Shown here in pieces: positions 37,399 through 49,857 of a DNA stretch of 64,000 nucleotides (position 1 is the first letter of the stretch; every line of letters begins with the position of its first letter). The stretch comes from Phoronis australis. Lineage: Eukaryota > Animalia > Phoronida. The notes under the pieces are model-generated. The model was not told the origin of the DNA. It did not search any database and saw only the letters and a list, made by a program, of their open reading frames with translations. Both the position numbers and the translations under genes were made by a program. The stretch spans positions 521,631 through 585,630 of the forward strand of contig NMRA01000263.1 in the NCBI GenBank assembly GCA_002633005.1. The letters run 5' to 3'.

Positions 37399-39286
37399 CA
37401 GATGGCCACATGAAACTGGTTTTGTATGGTAGAGAAACGTCTGGTAATATGTGACACCCTAGAGCCAACTCATGAAATTTTTATCTCATCAAAACAAAAT
37501 TTGCGTAATTCGGGCCCTGTCTGCTTTCACTTTGAGACAAACAGCAAAAGATTGTGTTTGCCTGAGCCAACTGGCTGAATTCTGAATTTTGTTAACTCAT
37601 AACCTGGCAATATGCCTACCACCAAATTTTGACAGAAATTTTTCATAATAGCAATACATTCACACAACCTGCTTCATTTTTGTAACAATATCATCTTGTA
37701 ATGATTCCAAACTTAGAACTGCTAGACCAGTGTTTGGCGAGACAATTTAAATTCAACTTGAACCGAAAATTCCGTACGACGCTTCAAGACAAATTGTGAT
37801 GGCTGACGGGTACAAACAATTCCCCAAACCACTCTTCCTTGCATTATCTAACAGTTTATCAGAGTGCCTGGAAAGAACTGTTCCGCGATTACTGTTAGAA
37901 AATGCAAGGACGTGCTTTGGAGGATATTTTGTACTCAGATTAAAGATCATGGTTTGTTGCAATCTATAACGTAAAAAAGTTGGTTTTGAATTTTAGCTGC
38001 CTTATTTGTCACAAGGGTTCAGCAACTTTTAAGACTTAAAATGCTCATCACAGTACTTCATTTAACCACCATTTCAAGTATGAATGTACACCAATTACTA
38101 CTGTTCATGGCAAACTGTAGTGCACGATGGCATGGAAAACAATCTACATGCTGAATTTTACTGTTATGTCCACCATTGGCATTCATGTGGCAAGAAAGAC
38201 AGCATCCATTAATTTTTACCATCAAGTGAGTTACATTAATATTGGTTTACATTTAGTGAATTTCTTGCTCTCTGATAACACAACATTTACCATGTGAAGA
38301 TACAATCCTATCACTGGCCAGACTTGTACATAATTCTAACATGTACAAGCTTCTAGTCACAGCAGGTTTGGCAACAGTTTCCAATCTCTCTTAACATTGC
38401 CTTTGAAAGCCTGGCCCACCAACTTCCTGCTTCCCTGGAGTGTTGGAGTCTCATGGCCACGAATGCCTCGAGTGCAAAATCATGAAAGTGGGGTTGACCT
38501 CACAAAGTACCATACTGTAATCCAACATGGACAACATCTCTCAAGGCCCAGTCTTTTACTACTCATGCTTTCGCTGCAGACTCACCACTGCTGACAGGTT
38601 TTTGTGACGTTCCTAGTATCGCTCCGATAGGCTAGATCTTATTCGTAGTTGCGTATTGCAAAGCCATGATTGGGCTGAATCGTTCACCAAGTCATGCACA
38701 AACTTTTCTGCGTAGACAGGCCCCGCTCCACCCGAGTAACGATGTTATAAGAAAGTCATGGAGCTTCCATGTCAGTGCCAACATAGCCAACATTGGATTT
38801 AGAAGTCACTAGAGCCTAGTACGTGAACCTGTACGCAGTTCATGAGGTTTCAAAATTTTGTACATTTTAGTGATATTGTCTTCGGGTTTAGTTCATGGAT
38901 GTTTTAGTGAACTGGGCAACATGAGATTCATTTAGAAGTGAAAGTGTTCTTACAGCCCATGAGCGAGTTAAATATCTTGGCACAAGATTCCGTTGACCGG
39001 ACCCTATAGCTACACTGCATTTTGCAAAAATAAAGATTCAATAAAACACACGGTTGATTTTTCAAAATTCAAACAATACTATGTCCCCTCAAACAGCAAT
39101 TACTAATACAACACAAAACACTTTAAACAAGTTGTTTATTGAACAAACCAAATCTTCACAATGGTAACACCTAGCGCTCGCAATAAAGGAGACTAGGATT
39201 TTAATGAAAATTCCAACATACCAACCCACTGCACTCTTGGCTACATTCAGGATAAATCTCACACTACAACAGTGATGATGGGTAGA

Positions 39287-39409
39287 CTACCATTCACAGT
39301 CAGGTCTGCTAAACTCTACCATTCATGGTCACGTCTTCTAAACTCTACCATTCATGGTCACGTCTGCTAAACTCTACCATTCATGGTCACGTCTGCTAAA
39401 CTCTACCAT
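39287..39409. repeat. Minisatellite, 29 bp x about 4
   Basis: CTACCATTCATGGTCACGTCTGCTAAACT units. Confidence 0.88.
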
Positions 39410-39813
39410 ATTGGACACAGTATCCTAATGAAGACCTAGAATTCAACGCATCACACTCCCATTAAATCTACAACCGCGCTGAAATAAAAGAATGTTAGCA
39501 CCATTAGAAATAGTTGACAACAGAACTGTACAGTAGAAATACAATATACAACGTTGATGTATATCATGGAATGGTTACAGAATTATCAATTATTGTCCAA
39601 TTTCAACAGAGTAAATATTAAGTGTTGTATAACTGGTCGAATTTCTAAATGGTTCTGTTTAGGATGTAAACAAAATCTAAAACTAAAAGCCATAGATGAA
39701 AACTACATCAGCAACTGATTGGTCAAGGAGTGGTGTGTTAGCAAAATTGTTAGCAAAACAGCACATGAAATAATAATAAAATTCATCTTCCGATATGTTT
39801 GCTATCTAGTTAA

Positions 39814-40493
39814 GGTCATCTAGGACCTCAACTCTAAGTCAAATATCAAAAATACTGTGCTTTTTCAATCAGTAAAAGTATACATTTTCTGAAAAGACAA
39901 AGATTGAGGATTTGCTTCTTACTACTGTGTCTCTATTATTGCCATGTGACCACATTTTTAACTCAAATTTTCATGAGCAAGAAAGGTACATCCGGAGCAA
40001 AATAACCCCCCCCCACCAGTTGATTTTACTAAAACTATTCTTAAATGAAACTACGTTATGTCGCAATCAATTTTCAATTCACTTGGTTAGGGAATTTTTG
40101 ATTATTCACTTAGTTTGGGTTTCATGCCAAATTGACTAGCAAAACACAAGGCAGTTTCGTAAAAAAACAGCAGTTTTATATGTGTATCTCTCGCTACACG
40201 AAAGCAAAATCCAACCAGCATTTTTGAGACATAACGTAAAGTTTTCATTTCAAAATTTTTTTAGTAAAATAGCTGGGGAGTTATTTTGCTATGAATTTAT
40301 CTTTTTAGCACATGAAAATTTGACTTAAAAATGTGATTACGTGACAATAACAAAGACAGAATAGTAAGAAATACATTTTTAGAATCCTTGATCTTTCTCC
40401 TTTCAGAAAATATTTACTTTTAATGGTTGACAAAGCATAGTTTTTTGATATTTGACTTAGAGTTGAGGTTGTTTATTAAGGTCCTAGATAACC
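39814..40493. mobile_element. Foldback element with ~200-bp TIRs (Kolobok/piggyBac-like TTAA context)
   Basis: ttaa-GGTCATCTAGGACCTCAACTCTAAGTCAAATATCAAAAA... pairs with ...TTTTTGATATTTGACTTAGAGTTGAGG...AGGTCCTAGATAACC-taaa. Confidence 0.75.
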
Positions 40494-43400
40494 TAAAGAG
40501 GAACAGGGACAACAAATTGCAAAAAAGCACAAAAGCAGCACACACACACACAAACACACAACTAATTCAAGCAAAACATAGAACGAAGAGAGGAGAGGAG
40601 AGTTCGTCAACTTACAAAGTCATTGGTTTATATGTATGTCATTGTTTCAACTGCGTCATCCAATGCACAACTGTGCGATTTTGAAGGGCACGAGTCTTTA
40701 CAATTTGCTCGTTTAAATACAGATGATATGAAGTCATGTCAGGGAATTGCGATGAAAGCCAACGCACAACAATGTTGGCCTAAAACAGCAAAATATACAC
40801 GAAACAGTTGGGAAGGTCATGAACTAGGGAGAAACAACCATCAAGTTAATGATTGAGGATCAATGTCACACTTCTCTAGCAGACCAATTACATTGCTTGT
40901 CGTGTTTAGTGAAATCTGATTGGTGTAAAGTGTTTTGTGAAATCTGGACTGGTGCAGAGAAAGTGTTCGCAGTTAGAATTTCAACATACAGCAGCACAGG
41001 TGAACAAAAAACATCGAGACAAAGAAATCACAACGATGAACAAGCATCAAACAATTCACGATAAAATTTACATTAAAATGCTCAACAGAAGCCAATGAGA
41101 CTAGACTGGCACACATATGATTCACAAATAGAATAAGTTTATTTTGCAGAGCCAAATATATTATTCAGGTCCACGTATTAGGAATGTTAAACAGAATGTA
41201 GTAATCACAAGCTAAGATTGACTCTACCAACTTTGCAGTGAGGAAATAAGTTGATGAAATCATGATTTTTTTCACAGGAAAAATTAAAAAGACAGGAGAT
41301 GAAAACTAGACTGAAAGATGGGAAGTGCATGGTCAAGAAACATCTGGAAAACATTTTGAAAAGTAACTTTAAATAAAGGAAATACAAATATAGCCCTTCC
41401 TTCATGTCAATTGCCTGAAAATTTAGTGTGTTAACTTCGTCCTTGTGAGATATAACCCATATAAAAATATAGACATTCATAACAAACCTGATGCATCAAG
41501 ACACCTACAAATACTAAACGATAACGTATTAACAAGTTCAGCACTCCACACTTCAATAAAAACTATTCTCTCAGACCCAAAGGTCAATCCAGCCTTACAA
41601 GGCAACAGTTATTGCTATATTCCAATATTTGGCTCAGCTACATCTACTGTGACATGTTTCACTAAATACACAGCATACAATTGCTTATTAACTTCAAACG
41701 ATTATTCTCAGTTGTCTAAAGTCTCGAATTCCGGCAAGCTAACAGGAAGTTATAGAGTTTGACCATATGTTGAGCGAGAACTTGAGAAGGGAAAGCAAAT
41801 CTTTTTGTTGTTATCTCAACTAAATCTGCGACTCTAAAGAGACAATTTTTAACATTAATCACTTTCCCCTGAGCCCAGTCAACTACGCAAGAAACGAAAA
41901 AAGACATAAAGGAACCATCAAACAGCCAGTCTTGTTTCTGTATTCAAATCCATTGAGCAAACACAATAATTGACTTGTCGAGAACTGTGTGCTCCCTGTG
42001 ATTACTCAAACAGGAAGTGAATGCAGACGAAAAGCGTTCCTTTTGATTGGCTCTTCAAGTCACTTCACCATTGTTGCAAGCAGAGGTAAAAAGGCCCGGG
42101 GAAACATCAGTTAACATTGAAAACTGCTTTAATTAAATCACTAAGAACTGCATCTTTAGTAAAGGTAACGCCAAAAAACATTTGTTTACCGTATAAAACT
42201 TTTGCCAGAATAAAGAACGGATCAACATTCATTATAATCATATATGTAATGAAACATGCAGCCAAATATACATCTGATAGGATGTCCCAGAAATGTTGAA
42301 CAAAAGTAATTATGGAAATCGTTTTTCTAGGAACTGATGTTTTTCATATTCCATAAATCTCAAAGCATCTTTTACAAGGCACAGTAGTTAGGAAAATGTC
42401 ATAGTTGACTCTAACTACAAAGAAAAGACAAACATATTTTTCAGACTCTGCACATGGTCAGCTGTCTCTCTCACAGCCTTTGCTTGCTCCACAGAACATT
42501 CCATTCCCATTCAACTACTGTGTCCTACATTCATATCAAACACAATTTCTAATGCAGAAACATAGAAAGAGCTTGTTTAATTGTTCTCCACCTTGGCACA
42601 TCAGCTTTGTTGAAAAATTCTCAAAACCTTCAGCAACAGAGCTGCACAACTGGGTGTGTTTGGTGTCATAACATAAAAATGTTTTTCTCTTCTCAGTAAT
42701 AAGAGTCAAATGTGAGTCCAACTTCTTTCTACAAATTGGAAAACAAACCAAACTTTGGGATTGTTGGAATATGAAAAACACCCCCAGTTACCACTAAAAT
42801 CATTTCCTGGTACTAATAATTTAGAATATTGTTTTCAACATTTTTGGGATGCCTCGTACATCATACATGTATATGCGCATACATATATATGTACTCATAA
42901 CAACAGATCATTACAATTTCGGGACACCCTGTACATGTATATGTGCATATATATATATATATGTATATGAATAATGTACACATAACAACAAATCATTACA
43001 ATTTTGGGGCACCCTGTACATGTATGTGCACAATATATTTACACCTAACAACAGATCAATACAACTGGAAGACTTAAGGATTGGCACAGTGGCTCACAAC
43101 ACAACTTTTTAAGCTTCCCAAATATAAGAGCACTTACAGTAGCATCTTACCACCAATTAAATCTATTGGGTAATTTGAAAAAAATATCTGATTTATTTCA
43201 GATGACAGAGTATCAACACTGGCCTGGTCCTTGAGATTTGTTAATATCATTCAGTGAATGAACTCTGGTACTAATGTTCGACAGGAAAACCTAAATGACA
43301 TTTTGGTCCAAGACATGATTTCAGTTATATGTGCATGAGTAATTTTGATTCAAGACGTGATTTAAGCTATTAAACCTCGTGTGGGATGTGTGAAAAAGCT

Positions 43401-44363
43401 GAACAGCAAAAGTTGATTAAAAACATGATTCACTTCATAAATTGTCAGAACTGTTCAAAATAACATTTTTCCTAAAAACTGAAGTAAAGGGAATTATACT
43501 TACAAAACTCTGAGTATTAAACAAGTAAAATTTCGAAATATTAATCTTCTCATTCAAATCTAAATGTTCAGTCCGATTTTGAACAGAAAACATTAATGCG
43601 CTATTAAAGAACAGAAAACTATAGTGTGCATTTCAATCTCCATTCTTTGTCTATAAAATGCTCGCTAAATTTACCCAAGAATTTTTTGCCAGTAATAACA
43701 TTGCCCTGGTTGAAAGCACCTGGCGTAAAATAAGACACGCTACGCTGTGATGAGACCCTACTGTAGTTTCTAAACTTGCATAGCCTGCACTGGCAGTATA
43801 CAATGTAAAGACAAGAAATGGTAGCTGTACAACACAGCGCATCACATGCATTAGCTACATCAACATGCACTCTTAGAGTGTAACAACACAAATTGCTAGT
43901 GTCTCCTGTCAACACCAGGTGGCAATGAAATGGCAAAAATGATGAACCAAGTAAGTTTTGAAAAACCATAATAGCAAATGATCAAATAGTGAGTGATGGT
44001 GGCTGTTCAATCAACAATATCAGGCACTTCCAATTAAAACACGAGATTACCAAACTTTACTCATGATCAACTCACAAATTGTCGCAGAGCATGGAAACTG
44101 AGTGACAGTGTATAATTTGCGACTCACTTTTGCTGGTTATGAGCCGTGATTTTTGAAGAAATTGGAGGAAAGCAAACAAAAAGTCTGTTATTAAAGAACA
44201 AGCAAAAACTGAAATGCCAGAAAATGCCAACAGGGGACCTTAGCAGAGAGAGAATGCAACGATGTTTCTCTGACGACGAGTTTGGCGATCTTTGTTCGAG
44301 ATCATAGAGAGGCGAGATGTCAACGAGTGTGCATAAGAAGACAGCATACAACAAAACGCAAAA

Positions 44364-44567
44364 TCAGCTCCGCATAGATTCATGCCGGTAGATGTATTTG
44401 TCAGGTTTGTGGTTGGAGTCTTCACCTTTTTGACCAAGGTCCTGCCACACTTTGAAGTTATTGTCCTTGCGGAAGGACTCCCAGCGCACGTCATCTGACT
44501 CATGGGTAAGATAGCGACACCCGACCTCGGACTCAAGTATTCGCAGGTCACACCAGGTCAAGTAATC
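44364..44567 (-). CDS. PRKD1: PKD last coding exon
   Basis: [30 protein letters not shown]...[10 protein letters not shown]-stop. Confidence 0.92.
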   Translation of the reverse strand, partial: DYLTWCDLRILESEVGCRYLTHESDDVRWESFRKDNNFKVWQDLGQKGEDSNHKPDKYIYRHESMRS

Positions 44568-47500
44568 CTGAATAACGAGAAAAACAGATTATAAATTACA
44601 AAGTCATCCTTTAATTTAAACACTCTGGTTATGTTAACATAGTGATAAGAGTTTGATTGTTATTTCATTTGGTATTTTAATTACAGTACACTTACTATTT
44701 ATAATTGTTCTTGGGCATTTACATTGAAGTTTTACGCTAAGCGATAGGTGAACTACGGCATCTGTCTATGATCTCAGCAGGTAGTCCATGATTTGAATAC
44801 GCATTTTTGATCAAACCAGCTATATTAAGCCGGTGATAAATGACGATTAAGTAACTTAGCATTTTCCCAATTTTGCAATTATTGACAATGAAAATGGAAG
44901 TTAAAATAGCTACTGAAATTTATGTAAACAACAGTATTGGCACATGATTAGCATTCAATCACTGGTCCTCTTCACCAGAAACTTCCAGTTGTAAATATCG
45001 TAACATGTTTTATGCCGTGCTTCAAAATAGCCATCAAAAAATTTCGAGGGGTGCGTTTTTGAGTATATAATTAATCAAAAACAACAGAATAGCATATAAT
45101 AGTAAAATCAGCATTTGATCTCATAATTAATAGAAACATCTAATTGATGATCATTCTCTACATGACGTCCTACAGCTGAACACTATCCGTGTCATATGCT
45201 CTTACAATAATCTGAATGGTTATTGTACAACCACGTGCCATCATTATCTTGCAGGGGAAAGATAACAACCCTGGCTAATAACATCACCCACATAAAAACA
45301 AACAAGTTATACATAATTTAAAACATATTCACAGAGCTTATCTTATCCCTAGTACCTAGCCACAAAAGTCTGTTAAAGTTGGTCTATTTGAACGGATTAA
45401 CTGTCTCATGCCTGGCTTAATAATTATACATTCAAGTAACAGGTAATGACCAAAAGTCAATCCAATAATTCTCCATTTTGTACAACCACCAACTTAATTA
45501 CCACTCACCCCTCCCATCTCTAACCACAGACTAACTGTGCTGTGAACAGACTGCCTCCACTTTACCATCAGTCAAATTATGACTCACCTCCACCCAACAC
45601 CTAAAGCCGTAGTAGTAGTATTCTTTCTATTGATGAAAATATCCGTAAAATGCAATTTGCACAATAAAACGTAAAGTAGATTTTGATAATAAAAACTGTT
45701 CAGATAGTATACCTGCATCCAGACATGAGCAAGGGCTTTATCCACAGTGAAACGTTTGCGAACTTTGACCTCTAGCAAGTTGCCAATCAGTTCGATACCT
45801 GTTAAAATAAAAAATATGCAATATATCGACAATTAATTTGTTTTTCATCCACTAGAGTAAGAAAAGGAAAGTAAAGTAAGTGGTTATTGGTATTTATTAA
45901 TGTCATCTTTAATATACATATGTTCAACAGTATGTTAATTCTTTGCAATATCATATTCATTCAAATAAATAATTAACATCCACCAGCAACATCTATTCAT
46001 GCACCTTTCAAAGTCTATTGCAGCACAACGCCATATGTTTTATCCAAACCTTTACAGCCCAAATGAAACAACTAGTAACGCCACTTAATGATTCACCAAA
46101 GAACCAACCATTCCTTAACAGACAACTCATTGCACTTAATCTTAAGCAATAACCACTTCCTATCTCAACATATCACTTCATATCTATTATGAAGTGACCA
46201 AGTCCAATTTTGTAACTGAATGTGGCATCGCAACCAATGAAGCCTGGTACAGTGGAAGCAAAAGTATTCAGACAAAATTACCCAGAATTCCGTCACGACA
46301 ACTGGGCAGAAGTTAGTCATTGCTAAAGTCATACTCTTTGCTTATGACTGAGAATGAAGGGAAATTAACAAGAAAGTAAGGTGCCAAGCCATTTTGTAAT
46401 TAAAATTTTGCCGCCCCAATAGTTATTACGTAATTTTTACTTTTTAAGTTGTCTTGACAGAACTGTGTAATTACTTAGGTCTTGTAGTGTAGTTAACCAT
46501 GGTTGTCGCAAAGTACATCTCATAACTGTTACAGTTCATATAATGCAGAGGAGAAAACGTGATGTAGTTACCCTCTCTTGAAATCTCCTTCCACGGGTTC
46601 GGTGGGAACATGAAGGCTGCATTCTGAATTTGATCGCTGATTTCTTCATCTTCATTGAATGGGAAAGTTCCACTCAGACTGAAGAAAAATTCACGATCAC
46701 AAATATGTAAAACACAAGTCAGTAAACATTGAAACTAATTTTCTCCATTGCCATGATGCCAGGATTGGCTAAAATTTCCAAGTCAATAGAGTCTAGGTCA
46801 AAACAGTACATCCAAATTTTCTGGTGCATAAGTGCTACAATGTCAATAAACTCAATTGTCTAAATGTTACTTCTTTATACTGCTGACCAATATCGACTTC
46901 ACTGTCCTAAAAATGAGTCACGACCATTATCTGTAATTATACCATGTGAACGTTTCCATAAACATTAGATTTGGTCAGATTATCTTCAGATGTAACCAGA
47001 ATAAAAAATCCGGACACATTACAAAGTTATACACTCATACCTTCATATTGACCATTGCCATGGTAATGCGAATTTAAACTTTTTAGGCAAGTAACGCGTA
47101 TCACACCTTGATTCGATCCCACACACTCTCATTTTAAAGTCATCTACATTCTGATGTCACATTTAAACCACGTGCTACATGCAAACTTGTATCAAGGCAC
47201 TGCACTTACCATCATCACACTATTGCACAAAACATGTGTTTTCAAAGACTGAAATGTTCACTGAATTTTAATATATGTCATATGCGCAGAATAATTTTGT
47301 GATCACAATGATGTAACCAAATGGCGTTAGTTGATTGTTTTGCAACATAACGATCATTGCATGACCGCAGAGTTTGATCTCCTTCCCCAAATGCAATTGA
47401 TTGTTCCACTGTACATTCCAAGCAACTTCTGAAAGTTTTTTCAAAAGTTCTTCATAACATTTTTCAGTAAAGAACTGGTAGGTGACAACCGAGCGAGTGA

Positions 47501-49857
47501 CTGACATGCATTCCAAAGCCCAGACATAGCCTCCTTCCATGAATAACTTAATATCAAATGCAATCATATGATGAAACAGCTACTGACAATCACACTCAAT
47601 CAAATTGGTTTTCAGACCCCACAAGTGTGACAATGATCTTGGCTCTGCCATACTCACTAACACATTTTTGGGGTCTGAAAACCAGCATAACGACCTCGGG
47701 ACATTCAATAATTGTATCATATTGGTCATTAAAGGCAATGCCAAGCGACCGTTTCTGCTTTTGATAATGTCTTCTGCTTCCCCTTCTCAAAAATTGTCCC
47801 TTTGCCAACATATTTTTGAGCAGAGTTACGTAATGTTGACGATTTCCACGACATGTTGTTCAGCAGTTCTAGGTGGGTCGCCTCATGGATGTGACGGTCT
47901 CACCACCTGGTGATTAGCAAGTGCCCAATATTTGACACATTCCTTTTTCTATCTTGTACAAGGCAACAAAACAGAATTCTTCAGATTTTTCCCACTAGCC
48001 TCCTATTGTTGATTTAGAACAAAGCTGCAACAAGCTCCTTAGTTCAGTGCATTCCAAACTCTATAAAGCAAAATGTTATGACCACCTCAAATTGACCGTA
48101 CCTGACGTAAACAATCACACCAACAGACCACATGTCAAGTGATCGGTTGTATCGTTTGCTCTTCAAAACTTCGGGAGCTAGAATAAAATTAGAAGGACCC
48201 AGCATTAGATCACATGTATAATTTCCTCCAAAAGACAAACTCGGTGAGAAGGAAAGTGTGTGAAGAGAGAGGTTACAGTGGAAGTCATGACTAGAATATC
48301 AGGCTTTTTCAGTCATGACTAGAGTTTTAGTCAAGTTCCAATTATGCAAATGAACTGACTAAAATGTGACTAAACCGATTCAAATATATCATGGATAAAC
48401 TTTAAGTCCGATTTTCATCATGACTAAAACAAACCATCTCCTGTGTCTGAAATGTGACTAAAATATAACTAAAACATGACTAACCTAGGGCAAGGAAAGG
48501 ATGCTCTGTGAATGATGGTTGTTCATGTTCAAGTTCTGTGGTAAGAATGTTTTGAGTGTGGTACGTGGCAAGTGTTATGTTGCGGGTGGTAAGAGTTTAA
48601 TGGCCTATGGTAAGGATTTGTTTCGTAGTAAGAGTTCAGCGACCTGGTGTAAGAGTTTGTTTTATACTTACAGTTCAGAGACCTGTGGTGGGGCTTTGTT
48701 TCATGATAAGAGTTCAGAGGCCCATGGTAAGGATTTGTTTCAAAAATGCAACACTGATCTCGATAATGCGACTCACCCAGATATGCAGGTGTCCCCACTA
48801 CGGACCTACGGAATGACTTCTCACCAATAATGCGAGCAAACCCAAAGTCACACAGCTTCACCTGAAACATTTAATACCGTAATGATAAAAAACTCATCAT
48901 TTTCTTGGAGGTGATAGAAGTAATTAAGCTTCAGGGATTGGGAACACTTTGTCAGTAAATGTGTTAGGAATGTTCTTCTCACACCAAAAGGACTTTCGAA
49001 CAAATTCTTGCTCGAGTCATTGAATGTAGTATTTGAATTATTACCAAATATGTTTAAGCCATTTCAATTAGGTTTGAACGAAGTCGCTGTTCATTACAGC
49101 AGTCAAAACAAAAAATGACTGTGTTCACTTGTGTTAGCCAACTCAGACAACTCTGCCTAGTCTCAGTTAAATTGACTAGAGCTAAAATCCATCACCATAA
49201 TCATAATTGGTCAATAATCTCTCTACGTAGGCTGGACTTCAAGACAGAGTAGCAGAGGAACGACCAAAAGATAATGCTTCAGCTGAAGCTTCCTATAGAT
49301 CACTGAGTGGCTCTTTGGCTGTTTATTGTGGACTAAAAGAGTGAATGTCTTCAACTAAGGTACTGAAATAATGATAGTTGGAGTACACCACTGATGTATC
49401 TTAAAGTTTACACTAAAGGAACTTGCATTGATCCACTCCTTGAACTGTTAAGTTTCTGGTGCTTGACTCTCCTCCATACAGTGGATTATGGGAAAGACCT
49501 GGGGGTTCTCTTCTACACAACGGTTAGAGAATGGGCACTGGATATAATGTCACATATTACGTTTGCTTACCCATACTACGCATGGCAAAATACTGACCCA
49601 AACGAAGACGATACCACCCATATCACGAAGTGAGAATACATGGCAACCAAAACGGTATCTGAGACAACAATGACTCTTCAGCACTGGTGGCAAGCTCCTA
49701 CCAACCTCCCCTGTAGAAGAGGCACCCCAACGACAGACCAATTATGTATTTTACTCACCTGAGGGAATGGTGCCTCAGAGGACAGTAAGACGTTCTCTGG
49801 CTTCAGGTCACAATGGACTATACTCTTGGAATGAAGGTGCTTCAGCGCCACCAGGAT
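44364..49857 (-). CDS. PRKD1: Protein kinase D (PRKD family), 3' part only: six exons covering the kinase C-lobe and tail
   Basis: Exons 49857-49759, 48861-48777, 48177-48102, 46678-46572, 45798-45713, 44567-44364. [35 protein letters not shown] (PKD activation loop), RYLTHESDD. No upstream PKD exon recognised in 49858-64000. Vertebrate paralog assignment is nominal. Confidence 0.95.
45713..45798 (-). CDS. PRKD1: PKD exon
   Basis: [29 protein letters not shown]. Confidence 0.95.
46572..46678 (-). CDS. PRKD1: PKD exon
   Basis: [35 protein letters not shown]. Confidence 0.96.
48102..48177 (-). CDS. PRKD1: PKD exon
   Basis: [26 protein letters not shown]. Confidence 0.96.
48589..48742. repeat. 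Degenerate minisatellite, 39 bp x about 4, in a PKD intron
   Basis: GTAAGAGTTCAG...ATGGTAAGGATTTGTTTC-type units. Confidence 0.75.
48777..48861 (-). CDS. PRKD1: PKD exon (DFG and activation loop)
   Basis: [28 protein letters not shown]. Confidence 0.97.
49759..49857 (-). CDS. PRKD1: PKD exon (catalytic loop)
   Basis: [33 protein letters not shown]; ttgtag acceptor, gtgagt donor. Confidence 0.96.

Noticed and set aside
39287-39409. 29-bp repeats of CRISPR-like length (also the 36-bp repeats at 51789)
   Set aside because: Head-to-tail with no unique spacers, no cas genes, eukaryotic context.
44361-44366. Stop-codon readthrough or selenocysteine at the PKD TGA
   Set aside because: Context is TGA-TTT rather than TGA-CTAG, and no SECIS-like hairpin was recognised.
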